Assembly: GCF_036321535.1 (NCBI RefSeq)
Contig: NC_087438.1
Span: 3,164,001-3,228,000 of the forward strand
From: Camelus dromedarius
Lineage: Eukaryota
DNA: 64,000 nucleotides
Direction of reading: 5' to 3'
Of the stretch, positions 24,992-37,965 are shown piece after piece (the stretch's first letter is position 1; the number at the start of each line of letters is the position of its first letter). The notes under the pieces were generated by a model. It had not been told where the DNA came from, searched no databases, and saw only the letters and a list, made by a program, of their open reading frames with translations. The position numbers and the translations under genes were made by a program.

Positions 24992-27495
24992 CCTACCATA
25001 TAACATGCCTTTGGGTCAACACAGCTCCTAGCATATGGGTGAGACTATTAGAGTAACCGATGCTCAAAACTAGAGTGCTTCAGATTAGAGTGTTAGACTG
25101 CAGTCAGCGAGCAAGTAAAAGTGAATTACAGTTGATTAGCAAGAGTTTTGCACAAGCACCTCCTTAAGCTTAATAATTGAAACTTTTGATTCGACTTCAC
25201 ACTTGGCCGTCTATGACACAGATGGCAGGGCCCATGGAACCAAGGATGTTCTGCAGACTTTCCAAGATCGAATCAAATTACCACAATTATAGTTAATCAG
25301 TGTTGTGTTTATTTATGTTATGATTCTCTCTTGGATTAAACAAATCAGCACTGGGAGAGTCTCCTCTTTTTTATTTGATTGAGAGAACCAAATATCACTT
25401 CTGATTCGAAAATCCATAGTAAATGTGAAACATTGCTGTCAACGCTCACCTGTTTTGAAAGGTGGTCTGGCATTCCAATGGGAAGAAGGAAATTAAGGAA
25501 CCAGTTCATGATCACAAATCATTTTAGAACCTAACCTAATGGTCTCACATTGGTTTCCTTTTGTCTCTGGTGTCCCCAAAATGGCACCAGCTTATGATTA
25601 AGAAATTCAGTGTCTTACACAAAGTAACCTCTTTGCATGTGCAAGTACACTTAACTCAAGGCACCGTGGGCCTTCTGCTGGATAACCCTGCCTTCTTCTG
25701 TTGGCCCTGACTGAAGGACGGTCCACTAATGAGCACATGAAACATAAAATCATCACCATGCATTTCTTTGTCTTACCACATATTCTGAAATATGTTTTAC
25801 ATTGGCAAGTAAAACTCTTGCAACTTTTTGGAGACTGCAAAACTAACTCTGAAGTCTGTTTTAAATTTCCTTAGATTAAATTCTGCCCCTTTGGCTATAT
25901 TAGACTGTGCAATCCATGAGTGTTTTATAAGCTGCATTTGACTCTTTTTTTACATAATCACCGCTCAGTTAGGCAGACTTTTCCTTTTCACACTACACTG
26001 ACATGGAGGTAGAAAAAAAATATAAATAACAAGACAGCTTAGGGATGGAGGTCCATGTTAATCAGTTTTCTCCTCTTGTTGAGTTTGCAGTCCTCACTTT
26101 GTGTTGATTTAAGGGAGGAAACTTGGTATTCTAGGCAAATACTTATCAGGATACAATTTATTCAGAATGGCTTTCAAATGCAGGCTGAGAATATTTGCCT
26201 GAATAATCGCTCAAGCTTAAATATGGAGGAGCTCAGTTTTTTTCTCTACTGATCACTGATGCAATTCTGGTATTTCATACAAATTTCAATTAAAATTGTA
26301 CCTGGTATGTTTTTGCTGTGTATCTAGGTTCTTATGGATTGTATATCTTATTTAAAACTTAACCTTTTAGGTTGCAAAACATAATTCTCACCCACCTGGC
26401 ATGCACAGTCAACCTCACAGCCTTTCAGCCACTTTCCAGATTGGAGCTGTTTAGATGCACTCAATCCAGACACTCGTGTGCACTTAACCCTCTTAAGCCA
26501 AAACAGAAATCCCACGAGTATAATGATGCCATCTGATTCTTCCGTTAAATTAAGTGAGATTTGAGAAAAGTGCAGCCTTTGGACAGACCGTGGAGATGTT
26601 TTCCTCTCTTAACCTTCAGTCTCTTAAAAATACTGATCATTCCCGTTGGCTCATTCTCCTGAGCACAGAGCACTCTGTGGTGAATCATAGGAGCACGAAG
26701 GCGAAGAACAGCACCATGTCTGTGCTCAGTCAGTTTACAAGCAAAGTCTAACATTTACAAAGAAAAGTATAGCCCCTCTCTGACAAGAGCAGGAGTGCTT
26801 CATGAATAAGGGGTTGTTTGGGGTTTTGCAGCCTGTGTAGGATTTAGACAGAAGGAGCTGGGGGTAGGATGAGAGTCTGGGGACACACACACAGTATGAC
26901 ATAAACGAAGTAGAGCACTGGTTGTCATCTACGGAAACTTAGGTGGAAGAAAAACCACGGAGAGCCTTGCTCGTCAGGATCAGAGTGTTAGCAGTGTCTG
27001 GTAGGCAATAAGCTGCTGGTGCTTATTTTTGAGCAAGAAAAATATAATTATGGGCATGTTTTAGAAATGTGGTTGCTTAAAAATCTCCTGGGCTATAAGA
27101 TGAAGGGCAAAGGGAATCCGGACAACTTGGAAACAGTCCTATTATCAATGTTGTCATTATTGTTGCTGTTAAGATTAATGGAGGCAGGGTTTCCAGCAGG
27201 CTGGGGAAGATGACAGCACGTGAAAAGGAATCAACCAGAGAAACGTATCCACCAGGTGGTGGCAATCAATCACGAGAGCGGGTCACTCCCCACTGGCCCG
27301 AGCTCTGCTTAGTCCTTCAAGTGCACGGGATCTTTGTATGCTTTCACCCACTTTAGCAGGCGTCTTATATCTAACATACTGGGTAGAGACAAGTAGGAAC
27401 AAAGATACAAGGAACTGCCCAGTGAGTGAGCCCAGGAACTGTGAAATCTCTGCCTTCAGTGTCTGGAGTGTGTCCTTCTTCTTTGCAAGCCCTGA

Positions 27496-27619
27496 GGAGC
27501 ACCGCGCCCTGCAAGCAGCACCACTGTGGGAGCACCACGCCCCGTGATCAGCACCACTGTGGGAGCACCGCGCCCCATGATCAGCACCACTGTGGGAGCA
27601 CCGCGCCCTGTACACAGCA
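27496..27619. repeat. 33-bp GC-rich minisatellite (~3.7 copies)
   Basis: Unit GAGCACCGCGCCCCATGATCAGCACCACTGTGG starts at 27497, 27530, 27563 and 27596; it produces 11-aa repeats in the overlapping ORFs. Confidence 0.95.
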
Positions 27620-29634
27620 TCTGATAGTCACACTAACTAAGGATCAAGCATGTTTCTGTCTCTTTCAGAAATGAAATAATCAAGACACCATGACCCTTTC
27701 TAAAAGTTTAGAGTGTTACTTTTTCCCCCTTATCATTGTCCCTTTCCAGAGCCCAGCATCTTCCCAAGAATAAATGTCCTGGGTCGCTTTCCTGGTGAGC
27801 AGGTAGTGACAATGCAGAGGTGCTCTGTTTGCTCAGAGGCTGTTCTGGCTGCACTGTGGTCTTCAAGGGCACAACGTGTTGTCCCCGTTCTGTGTCGTGG
27901 CTTCTGCTTCTGTTAGCCCAACACTTCACTGTGAATATTGGAATGGGTAATTTGGTAACAGGATAATTTTGAAGTGAAAAGTATAGAGCCAGAAAAAAAA
28001 TGGACCTTTTATTATTTTTAAAATACTGACAAGAGTGTCTGCATCGCAAGCCATAGGGGGAAAGATCAACTAATATATCAAAACCTCGGAGATACGATGC
28101 CTTGGAAACGTCTCCTTCTTCCTGGGGATCCTGTCTTGTCAACTGGTCAGAAGGTTTCAGTGTTTAAACAACCTTGCAGCTAATCTGACATTGATATAAA
28201 ACTTGCCATTTACATGGAAATGCCAGCCTTCACCCAGAACCTGATGTGGCTTCTCTGTGGGGGGAGCAGCATTCACACATCTTGCAGATATGGAAGGAGT
28301 AGCAGGTGGTGGTTTTTCTTTATTATTACTTAAAGTAGCTATAAAATAGAGGGGGCATTGCTGGAGGGGTCACAAGGATAATATGTGACAAATAGCCAAA
28401 GTCGTATTAACAAAGTCAATCTTCAGGTGACCAGTCAGCGCCAAGGAGGGTCCTTGATCAAAGAAAATGTGGCTCTTCAAAGACTGCTGATGACCATATT
28501 AAATGGCTTTCTTGGCCCCTTTAAATCTACTAGCAGAGGAGGGATCTATTCAGAGCTAGCGGTCCTGACAAGAGCCTCTCCCCATCTCTGCTCTCTCATA
28601 GAGCCATTTGCTTGTAGACCCCTAGGCTCCTAAGCTGCAGTCTTCATTAAGGCATAAGATAAGGTAGAAAGGAGGAAATGCCAATGGAAAATAGAAAATA
28701 GAAACCCCCTACATAGCTCTTCCTGGATCACAGCGTATGTGCTGGGCACTGGAGACTCAGGGACGGAGTGCTTCAGCAAACAAGGACCTATGAGTGAGTC
28801 ACCAGGATAAGCCTGATTTTGGCACACAGGTTACACTCATGGGCATCATCATCAGGTGTCATTTTGTGACTCCTTCAGCTTTGATAATAGTAATCTTCCA
28901 GCTGCTGTCTTTTCCGTAATTCCTGACCCTTTCTCAGTTCATTCAGAAGCATTGTTATGGCCTGGAGAAGGATTGGAGCACCAGGGCAGAGATGCAAAGA
29001 CATTTTACAAGGTAATACTGTTTTATGTTTCTTTTCTTTCAGACTGGCTCTTGAGGATCGGAAAAGATGAGCTTTGGGAGAGCAGGAGCGACTGAATAGA
29101 GCGTCTGGCCCGCTAGAGCCAGGGCAGGGAGGGAAAGAGGTCCATGTGGATGAGAGCCAGGAAGCGTGGGGAGCAGAGTGGAAGTGGTCACAGGGTGAGG
29201 CTCTGACCCCGGGTTCCTGAGAGGGAAGGAAGGGTCAGCCCTGAGTGATGTCAGGGCCATGTGCTTTGACGGGTGGTCTGAGGAAGGCAGTGACACTAAA
29301 GGCAGAGGTCACTCCTTGCTGTCCAGGTACCTGGTGGCTTCCTGGTCTGAGGAGCTGGCTCCGCTCTCAGCACCTTTCCATCAGCAGAGGCCTCGACTAC
29401 CCAGTGTGGTCCATCACCCACCAGGACCCTCTTTGCCTGAGGGCTTTACAATCTGTCCTGCAGGGACACTGTTACACGAACAGACCCAAATACCTGTCGA
29501 GTCCCCCGTTCCTCCCCCACATACACAATAAGACTGGGATAATACAGGGAAAAGAAACAGTCAGGCTGGGTGACAGCAAAACCAGCATTCCTTATGTTTC
29601 ATAACAGAAGAGCTCTATTGTCCTCTTCTGCTGA

Positions 29635-29760
29635 TAGTGATAACCACCAGTCTAGAGCTTACAGATTGCAATGTGTCCAAACTCATTTAATTATTTTAAC
29701 AATACAGTTATTATTTCTATTCCAAAGATAAAAAATGAGACTCAGAGAGACTGAGAGACA
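29635..29760 (-). mobile_element. MIR fragment
   Basis: 'ctcatttaatt...aacaatacagttattatttctattccaaagataaaaaatgagactcagagag' is the MIR core in antisense. Confidence 0.55.
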
Positions 29761-30214
29761 CAGTTGTGTATTTCTTTCATTTTTTTGAGTATAAGGAAAC
29801 ATTATTGAAAGTGGTAAAAATGATGGGGGCTAAAATACATTCAGAGACTATGGGGGAAGGACTCAGGGGTGTGCCGGGGGGTCAGAAAAGTCAGTCAGTG
29901 AACCAAGACAGAGCACAACCCAAAGAGGCAGGTCTGTTTACGTGGGACAGAGGCTCCTGGAGCCCTGAGACTGGGTTACAGCAGGATCTCTGCACTTCCA
30001 CCAGAACCAGCTAAGAAGACCCACAGGGCTCAGCGTGGATGGACTTCCAGGGCTGGGACTGACATTTCCTCCTAACTCCAAGCTCTGTCATCCCATCAGG
30101 TGCCTCCATGGAGAGCCTCTGAGCAGACAGCAGATGTGACAAAGGAATGGCAGGAGGGGAATGGCCACCACTGCAGACGTGGTTCTCAGCTTTGCGAGTC
30201 TCAGGACAGTGGCA

Positions 30215-31450
30215 TACCTGAAGGACCTCACATAGGTCCACTGCATGGGTGACGTCACACAGTGGGCAGTGAACAAAGCATGCCTGTTATGCTGGAGACC
30301 TTGGTAACGTACACGCATTCCAGAGGGTGAGAAATAGACCCAGTGGAGATCTAGGGAACTGCCACTTCAGTACAATTTTAGGGTCCAGGAGGCAGAGGCA
30401 TGCCAGGATAGAAAGTTCCAAAGGAAAAGAAAACTACTGTGTCTTTCATTCCCAACTGCAAAGAAGATCTATTCTTGGTAAACCCCTCATGTTGGGTGAC
30501 GTAGAAGGTTGACAGCTTTGAGCATTGCCCAGATCAGAAATGGCCTATTTAGAAGGTCAGGCTTCAGAGCATGCAGTCCTTCCACTGGGACCCTGTGCTA
30601 CAGCAGATGCTGTGGGCTAGAAGCATCAGCAGTGGGGAAAGATGCAGGTGAGGTTTATGGAAAGCTGCACTGCGAGAACCACAATGTATCGCCCTGGACT
30701 CCAGAGCAAAGGCACTGCATCTGCAGCAGAGCGCGGTATTCCTCTGAGAAAGGGCTCCTAGCACGTTACTGGGTTCTGGTAGGTGGGGCAGTGGCCACGG
30801 GGTGGAGAGAGAGCATGCGTCCAGCCTGTACCTTATAAGCCACGTTCTGTCACCCCTGCCAAGTCACAAAACCATCTGGGTGTGGGAACATTCTGTTGTA
30901 AGATGGGAACTGAACATCCAGGATCAGGTCAAGCAACCTGAAAGCGTGAGTGAGCTGCAGGACGAGGTAGCCCAGAACCAGCTGCCACCCACCACGACTG
31001 TAGCAGCTCCCGTCGCCAGCTCCTTCCGGCAGCTCCGTGCGTCGTCTCAGGCAGTCCAGCTCAGGACATGGACACAACTGGAAATGAACGGCAGCATCAG
31101 TCTTGACATTTTGGCATGTCCATAACAGCCAGCAGAGAAAGGGAATCTTCTCAATGGGCATAACCAGTCATGATGATGCACTTGGTCATCGACTTTGTGT
31201 GGAAAGAGACGTGGACCAATGTGAGATTGTACACATATTTCTAGACAATTGTCAATGACCTGGCCAGTTGGTTGGGGACCTAGAAAAAAAACGACTGGAA
31301 TATTACAGGCAAGAACTCTGATTAAGAGAAACAGACGTATATATAGGAGTGAATACAATGTGAGACGGCATTTGTGTCACATGCTAATGTCCGTTGTGAG
31401 GCAGTCATCATGGAAGAAACACTGAACACCAAGTAGACACAATAACTCAG
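30215..31450 (+). mobile_element. Decayed ERV-L/MaLR-related internal pol segment (RT to RNase H)
   Basis: Colinear remnants of ERV-L pol: 'VHCMGDV' (~VHYIDDI) at ~30240; 'RG*EIDPVEI*GTATSVQF' (~RGWEINPTKIQGP.TSVKF) at ~30320-30380; 'YSSEKGLLARYWVLV' (~YSPFEKQLLACYWALV); 'VLSPLPSHK...HSVVRWE..IQD...SELQDEVAQ'; 'ESSQWA...HLVIDFVWKETWTNVRLYT'; 'FVSHANV'. Confidence 0.8.
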
Positions 31451-31639
31451 CCCGGCAGCATCAGCCTCAGGCTTGTACCCCAGGGGTGGTCACTGTCATC
31501 CCAAGGGGGGAGGTACGCCTCTTCATTCTTCCTTATTGAGAAAACCGGTTCAACCATCTTCTCTTCCTAGTTTATGGAAAATAAATTATAGTGTGATAAA
31601 TGCAGAGCTATAAAGTCAAACGTGTCCCCTGGAAGATGG

Positions 31640-31812
31640 GCTTTCAATTGATCATGCGTCAAGATCACCAGGATGGCCGACCTGGACCCGGCCCTGAGCT
31701 TCTGAACTGGTAGTTCTGAGGTAGGGCTCAATAGTGTGCATTCGTCACACACTCCTGGCTGGTGCTGATGGCACTGTGGTCTGGGGACCATGCGTTGAGA
31801 ACCACTGACCTA
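31640..31812. mobile_element. MER5-like hAT-Charlie DNA transposon remnant
   Basis: Typical end 'ggtgctgatggcactgtggtctggggaccatgcgttgagaaccactg'. Confidence 0.75.
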
Positions 31813-32721
31813 AGATATTTTGCAGGGATAGCCTCCTGACTCACACTGATCCCCTTTATCTAAGAATCACCCGTAGACAATGCAATTAAGCCCCAGTGTC
31901 CACTCATGTCTGTGTTATGTAGCTCCACGGCCCCCGAGTAGATCCATCTAGAGTAAACAAGTGACATGTGCTGACCAGTTACTCTCTCCCACGAACATAA
32001 AATTAAAAAGGGAGAGAAATAAGACTGAAAAGTATTTAAAACAGAACCACAACTATAACTAACACTCCAATGACAGGGCCCCAGACTTCCACAGCAGAGA
32101 TCTCCAGATTGGCCCTGCTTCTGTTCCACATCTAGAAGAGTTTGTTTAATAGAACTGATCAGAAGTGAAGTCCATTTTGTTATAGGAGAGATGTTTCAGG
32201 TTTCATTAGTAGGAACTGGGGTAATTTAGAAGAGACATTGGGAGAGACAGACGAGTAAAGAGACAGTGGCCACATTCTAACAACCAAGAGTGAAGCAAAA
32301 TAAAAAACTCAGTTGGAGTTAAAATACATAAAGGAAAGAAAAAGGCTGAGGCTGCACAGAACAGGATTGCTCCCAACTGCTCTACCAAGAGGAAATTTTT
32401 TTCACATTGACTAAAACAGCCTTCCGCTCCTGTTTGCCCAGAATTGAGGGGCTTCTCCAGGCATAGGACCTTCAGTAGTGAAACCAGGACAAGATCATTC
32501 AGTGCAACCTGAGCAATGCTCCCCAGACTCAAGCACCGATGGCCAGGTGGTGGCATCAAGCTGAGGACAGCTACACGCAGACTGCTGTTTTGCTAACAGT
32601 GAGCCAAGCAATTTTGCCCCCCCTTGCTAAAGACAGTTCCAAAGCTACAACACAGTAAAGCAGAAAAAAGCTTCTTAAAAGGATCAAATATTTAATAGAA
32701 TAGTAAGATATTACTAGACCA

Positions 32722-33150
32722 GTGGCTTGGGTTGTGTTCCCCAGAAACAGACCCTGAAATAAGGGTTCATATACAAGTGATTAATTAAGGAATTGCTCCC
32801 TGAAAACACAGTGAGAAACTGTGGAAGTCAGAGAGGAAAGAGGAAGAAGCCAAAAAATAGTGTCCTTTCAGTTTTAGCTTAAAACTTCAGGGAGCTCTAA
32901 GTATAACGCCTCTGAGTCTGTCTGTTCTTGAGCCAAGACACCTATGCTTTTACACTCCCACACCAGGGTGAAGTCCACATTAACTGCCAGACCTCCTGGG
33001 TCCTTAACCTGAAGGTAAATTTGCATAGTAACCCAGGTTATTCTTTCCAAGAGAATCCCGGGTGCACATCCTTAGAAGTAAAGCACACAGAAGTCTGGGA
33101 ATGGGCACATAGAAAGAGTGAGGGGCGACCCAGGAGGGACGGGAGGAACA
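32722..33150 (-). mobile_element. ERVL-class solo LTR (LTR16-like)
   Basis: 'ggttgtgttccccagaaacagaccctgaaataagggttcatatacaagtgattaatt' resembles the reverse-complemented LTR16 3' end. Confidence 0.6.
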
Positions 33151-34554
33151 ACAAGGGCCAGTAAACTTAAAGGCAAGTCAGTAGAAATTTACCAAATTGA
33201 AATGCAAAGAGAAAAGAGAATGAAAAAAATGGAACATAATATTCAAGAAGTTTGGGCCGATTGCAAATAGAGTAACACACGCTGAATGACGCTACCAGAC
33301 AGAAAGAAAAGAGAGAAGGAACAGAAGGAACGTTTGAAGTAATAATGGCTGAAAGTAACCAACATTGATTGATAGACACAAAGTCACAGATCCAGGAAAC
33401 TCAAAGAGCACCAAGCAGTGTAAATACAAGAAAGAAAGAAAGAAAAAGTCTACTAGGCACACTGAAGAAAAACAAAGGAAAAGGGAAAATCTTAAAAGAA
33501 GACAGGAAAGAAACACCTTACCTACAGTGGAATAAGGACAAGAATTACATGGGACGTCTCATCAGAAATTATGTAAACAAGAAGAGAGTAAAGTGAAATG
33601 TTTAAGCATTAAATGAAAAAATGCAGCCATCTGTCATTCTGCATGCAGTATAATTACTATCCAAAACTGAAGCAGAAGGAAACACTTTTTCACAGGCAAG
33701 AACAAACCTAAGGGATTTTGGCATGGATAGGAACTGTCTTAAATGTTTTAACAAATTCTTTAGAGAGCAAGAAAATTATTTATGCCAGTAATTTAGATCT
33801 ACATTAAGAAAGGAAGTGCATCAGAAAAGGAAAAAATTAGGCAAAATAAAATATTTTATATTTTACTCTTAATCAACATAGTAGACAACTATTTAAAGTA
33901 ATAATAGCAGAAATGTATGGGTGATTATAGCATACAGATGAGTGCGATGAATGACAACAATGTTATTTACTTTTAACATTGGGAGCGAGGAAATTTTAAG
34001 TCAGTTATGCATTAGCTGTACTGTCTATGAAACAGTAAAATGTTCTCTGAAAGTAGACTTAGATCAATGGTAAATGTCTGTTGCAAATTCTAGAGCAACC
34101 ACTAAAAGTTCTGGAAACTAAATATAGCATATCTAAATAACACAAGGATTAAAGAAAAAGTCTTGAGACTTTAAAAATATTGGCAATGTTTGATACACTT
34201 AATATTTGAACTAGATGAAAATGAAAACATCTAGTTTGTCAAAATTTTTGTCATGTAGTAAAAGCAGAATTTAGATGAAAATTGATAACATTATATACAT
34301 ATAGTTGGGAAAATTTATAGAATTAATATAATCTTCTACCTTACTAAGCCAAAGAAAGAAAAGCAATTAAAGATAAATCAAGAAAAAAATAATAAAAATT
34401 AAAGGAGAGAAATAAAAATTTAAAAAAAATTAAAGAAGAAATAAATGAAATTGTAACCAGGAAAAGAATAGAACAAATAAACAAAACCACACTGGTTCTT
34501 TGAAAGTATAAGCAAAATTGATGACACTCCAGCCAGGCTAACCAAGAAAAAAAG

Positions 34555-34705
34555 ATGAAATTTATTATAAAATTTATTATAAATTAAATTTATAATAAAA
34601 ATGTATTATTTTATTACAATAAAAATGTATTCATTATTTATAATATGTTTATTATTATTTATTATTATATAAATAAAAATTTAATTTGTTATAAAAATTA
34701 AAAAA
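34555..34705. repeat. AT-rich low-complexity tract inside L1
   Basis: Almost pure A/T; includes a 13-bp inverted repeat at 34573-34599. Confidence 0.85.
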
Positions 34706-35617
34706 GAGATCATCACTGCTTCATCTGATGAATGAAATGATAAATGAATATTAGAAAAAGTTCTGTGCCCACAAATTTGATATTTATATGGACCAACAGC
34801 TTGAAAGGTCATAAACTATCAAAACATACACAGGAGAAATAGATAATATGAGTAGACCTATACCTGTTTTTAAAAGTTGTCAATTATTAATAATTTTTTT
34901 TAAAAAAGAAAGCACCAGGTTCTGAATGTTTCACTTGTGAATTCTGCTAAAATTTAAAGCAGAAATCATACTAATTCTCCAAAATTCCTTTCAAAATAGA
35001 AACAAAGGGGGTATTTTATAGCTCATTATATTAGGTCACCATTAACCTAATGCCAACACAATAATAAGGAATTACAAGAAGGAAAACTGCAGACTAATAT
35101 CACTAATAAATATAGATACAAACATCTTCCATGAAGCACTAGTGAATTAAACTCAACAATTTATAAAGCTAAGAATATACCATGGAAAACAGGGATTTAT
35201 TCCAGGTGTGAAAGTCTGGTTCAACATCTGAAAGCCAGTTAGTGTAATTCATCAGTGGGCTAAGAAGGAAAAAATTACATGATCGTATCAATTGACGGGG
35301 GAAAAAAAAATCACTTGACAAAATCCAACATCCATCCACAATTAAAAACTCTTTAGGAAACAAGGGAATTTTCTCAACTGTGTAAATAACATTTAAAAAC
35401 AGACCAAAGTTCTAGAGCTAACATCATACTTAATGATGAGAACAAGATTTCCTCTTAAGATCAGGGACAAAGCAAGAACGTTTTCTCTCACCATGCCTAC
35501 TCAACATTGTACTGGAAGTCCTATGTAATGCAATAAAAGAAAAGACAGTAAAACGTAGCAGATTGGGAATAAAGAAATACAACTGTTTTTGTTGTATATG
35601 TGTCTAGGTAAAAAATC

Positions 35618-35676
35618 CACTGGAATTTGACACAGCATTGTAAAATGATTATAAATCAATAAAAAATAATAAAAAA
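35618..35676 (+). mobile_element. Extremely truncated young L1 tail inserted into the older L1
   Basis: 'cactggaatttgacacagcattgtaaaatgattataaatcaataaaaaa' is nearly identical to the young L1 tail at 44155-44205. Confidence 0.8.
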
Positions 35677-37457
35677 TGTAAACCCCAGAAAAACAGCAAC
35701 AACAATAAAAACAAAACTCTTGAAACTAATAAATGATTATCACAAGGACTATAGCACACAAGGTGAATAAACGATACTTAACTGCTTTTCTACATACAAT
35801 AATGAACAACTGGAAGTTGAAGTCAAAATCGCAACACCATTTACATTATCACCACAAAATGTAATATTTACATGCAAATCTGATGAAATATGTACAGAAT
35901 CTATACCCAGAATACTACAAAATCTGATGAAAAAATCAAAGAAATTCGAAGAAGATCTAAATAAATGGAGAAATAGTCTGTCTTCATGGATAGGAAGACT
36001 CAATACTGCTTTGTAGTCCATTCTTCTCAGTTTGAAATATAGTTTCAACATAATCCCAAGTAAAATCCTGGCAAGCTAAATCCTGGTGTTTCATGCTAAA
36101 GTAATTCTAAGGTTCACATAAATGGTCAGAAGACTCAGAATAGCCAACACAATAATGAAGAAGAAGAAACAAGTTAAAGGATTGACACCACCCAACTTCT
36201 AGATTTACCAAAACTCTTCAGTAGTCATGGCAGTCTGGCACTGGTGAAAGCTGAGACGTTATAGATCAACAGGGCCTAGAAACAGAGAGCCCAGAAATGG
36301 ATTCACACCAATGTCTATGTTTGAAAAGAAACACAGATAATTCAATCAAAAATATAGTTTTTCCACAAATGGTGGCAGAAAATTTGGGCATCCATGTACA
36401 AAAATAAAAAAGTTTAGGCACAAAATTTATACGTTTTACAAAATCTAACTCACAATGCCTCATAGACCTAAATGTGAAATTAAAAACTGTAAAACTTCTA
36501 GATGGAAGCATAGGAAAAAAATCTCAGTGACCTGTGTTTAGTGACGAGTGTTTAGATAAAACATCAAGACCATGATCTGTGAAAAGATAAATTAAAAAGT
36601 TGGACTTTATGAAAATTAAAAAGTTATGCTCTGTGAAAGTTACTGTTGAGAGACTGAAAAAACAAGACAGTGGCTGGGAGAAAATATTTGCAAAATTGTT
36701 ATCTAATTAAAGATTCTATCCAAAATATACAAAGAACTCAAACTCAACAATAAGAAGACAAACAATCCAATTAAAAGTGTGTGAAATATCTGAACAGACA
36801 CCTCACTAAAGAAGACACACATATGCTAAATAAGCATATGAAAGACATTCACCATCATATGTTTTTAAGAAAGTGAAAATTAAAACAATGATGAGATGCC
36901 ACTACCCACCTACTAAAATGGTTAAAGCAACAACAAAGCAAATGCTCCCCCCCCAAACAAAACCTTCAATACCAACTACGAGGGAGGATGCAGAGTGATA
37001 AGAACTCTTATTTATCGCTAACAGTAATGCAAAATGGCAAGATCATCTTCGATTCTTACTAGGCTAAACGTCATCTTACCACGTGATTGAGCACTTGTGC
37101 TCCTGGGTATTTATCTAATGTTGTTGTAAATGAATGTGTATCTACATATATATCCTGCAAAAGAATTTTTATAGTAAATTTATTCATAATCTCCAAAAGC
37201 TGGAAGCAACCAAGATATCCTTCAAACAATATATTACTCAACAGTAAGAAAAAGCAAAACTGTAGAGACAGTACAAAGACCAGTGGTTGTAGCTGTTCTG
37301 GGTTACAGGGAGGGAGGAACAGGTTAAACACAGGGTTCTTAGAGCAGTGAAAGTCTTCCATTTGACACTGTAAAGGTGGATTCCTTGGACTTTTCAGATT
37401 TCTTTTCTTGTAAATTTCCTATTCCCAGCCATTGCCCATGTGTCCACTGGGTCTTTT

Positions 37458-37965
37458 TTTTTTTTTAATTGAAGTGTAGTCAGTTATAATGTGTCTATTT
37501 CTGGTGTACAGCATAATGTTTCAGTCATATATATACATGCACATACATATATTCCTTTTCAGATTCTTTTTCATTATAGGTTACTACAAGATATTGGATA
37601 TAGTTTACTGTGCTATACAGAATAAATTTGTTTTTATCCATTTTATATACAGTAGATAGTATTTGCAAATCTCAAACTCCCAAATTATCCCTTCCTACCC
37701 TCTTTCCCTCCAGTAACCGTAATTTAGTTTACTGTATCTGTGAGTCTGTTTCTGTTTTGTAAATAAGTTAATGAACTTTCTTTCTTTCTTTTTTTTAAGA
37801 GTCCACATATGAGTGATACCATATGGTATTGTTCTTTCTCTTTCTGGCTTACTTCACTTAGAATGACAATTTGGTATATTTATGCAATGGAATAATACTC
37901 AGCCATAGAAAAGAATAAAATAGTGCCATTTACAGCAACATGGATGGATCTGGAGATGGTCGTTA
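37458..37965 (-). mobile_element. Young LINE-1 with 5' inversion (twin priming)
   Basis: PolyT plus antisense 3' end runs to ~37870, then a sense segment at ~37872-37964; TSD GGTCTTTT at 37450-37457 and 37966-37973. Confidence 0.9.

Larger units (their letters stand above)
33165..37380 (+). mobile_element. Long degenerate LINE-1 (ORF1, ORF2, L1MC-type 3'UTR)
   Basis: ORF1-like 'QIQETQRAPSSVN...KGKILKE' at 33369; ORF2 motifs ('RLISLINIDT', 'QGFIPGVKVWFNI') at ~35090-35230 and RT sequence at ~35460-35530; C-terminus 'FIVNLFIISKSWKQPRYPS' at 37087-37350. Internally deleted. Confidence 0.9.

Noticed and set aside
27496..27619. CRISPR-like regularly spaced repeats
   Set aside because: The units are contiguous 33-mers with no unique spacers, there are no cas genes, and the context is mammalian: an ordinary minisatellite.
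19800..28300. Assigning a specific host gene to the long UTR-like block
   Set aside because: I found no terminal coding exon matching any gene I could recall, so naming one would be unsupported.
30250..30257. Perfect CRE TGACGTCA
   Set aside because: An isolated 8-mer within the decayed YxDD codons of the ERV-L pol fossil; expected by chance in 64 kb.
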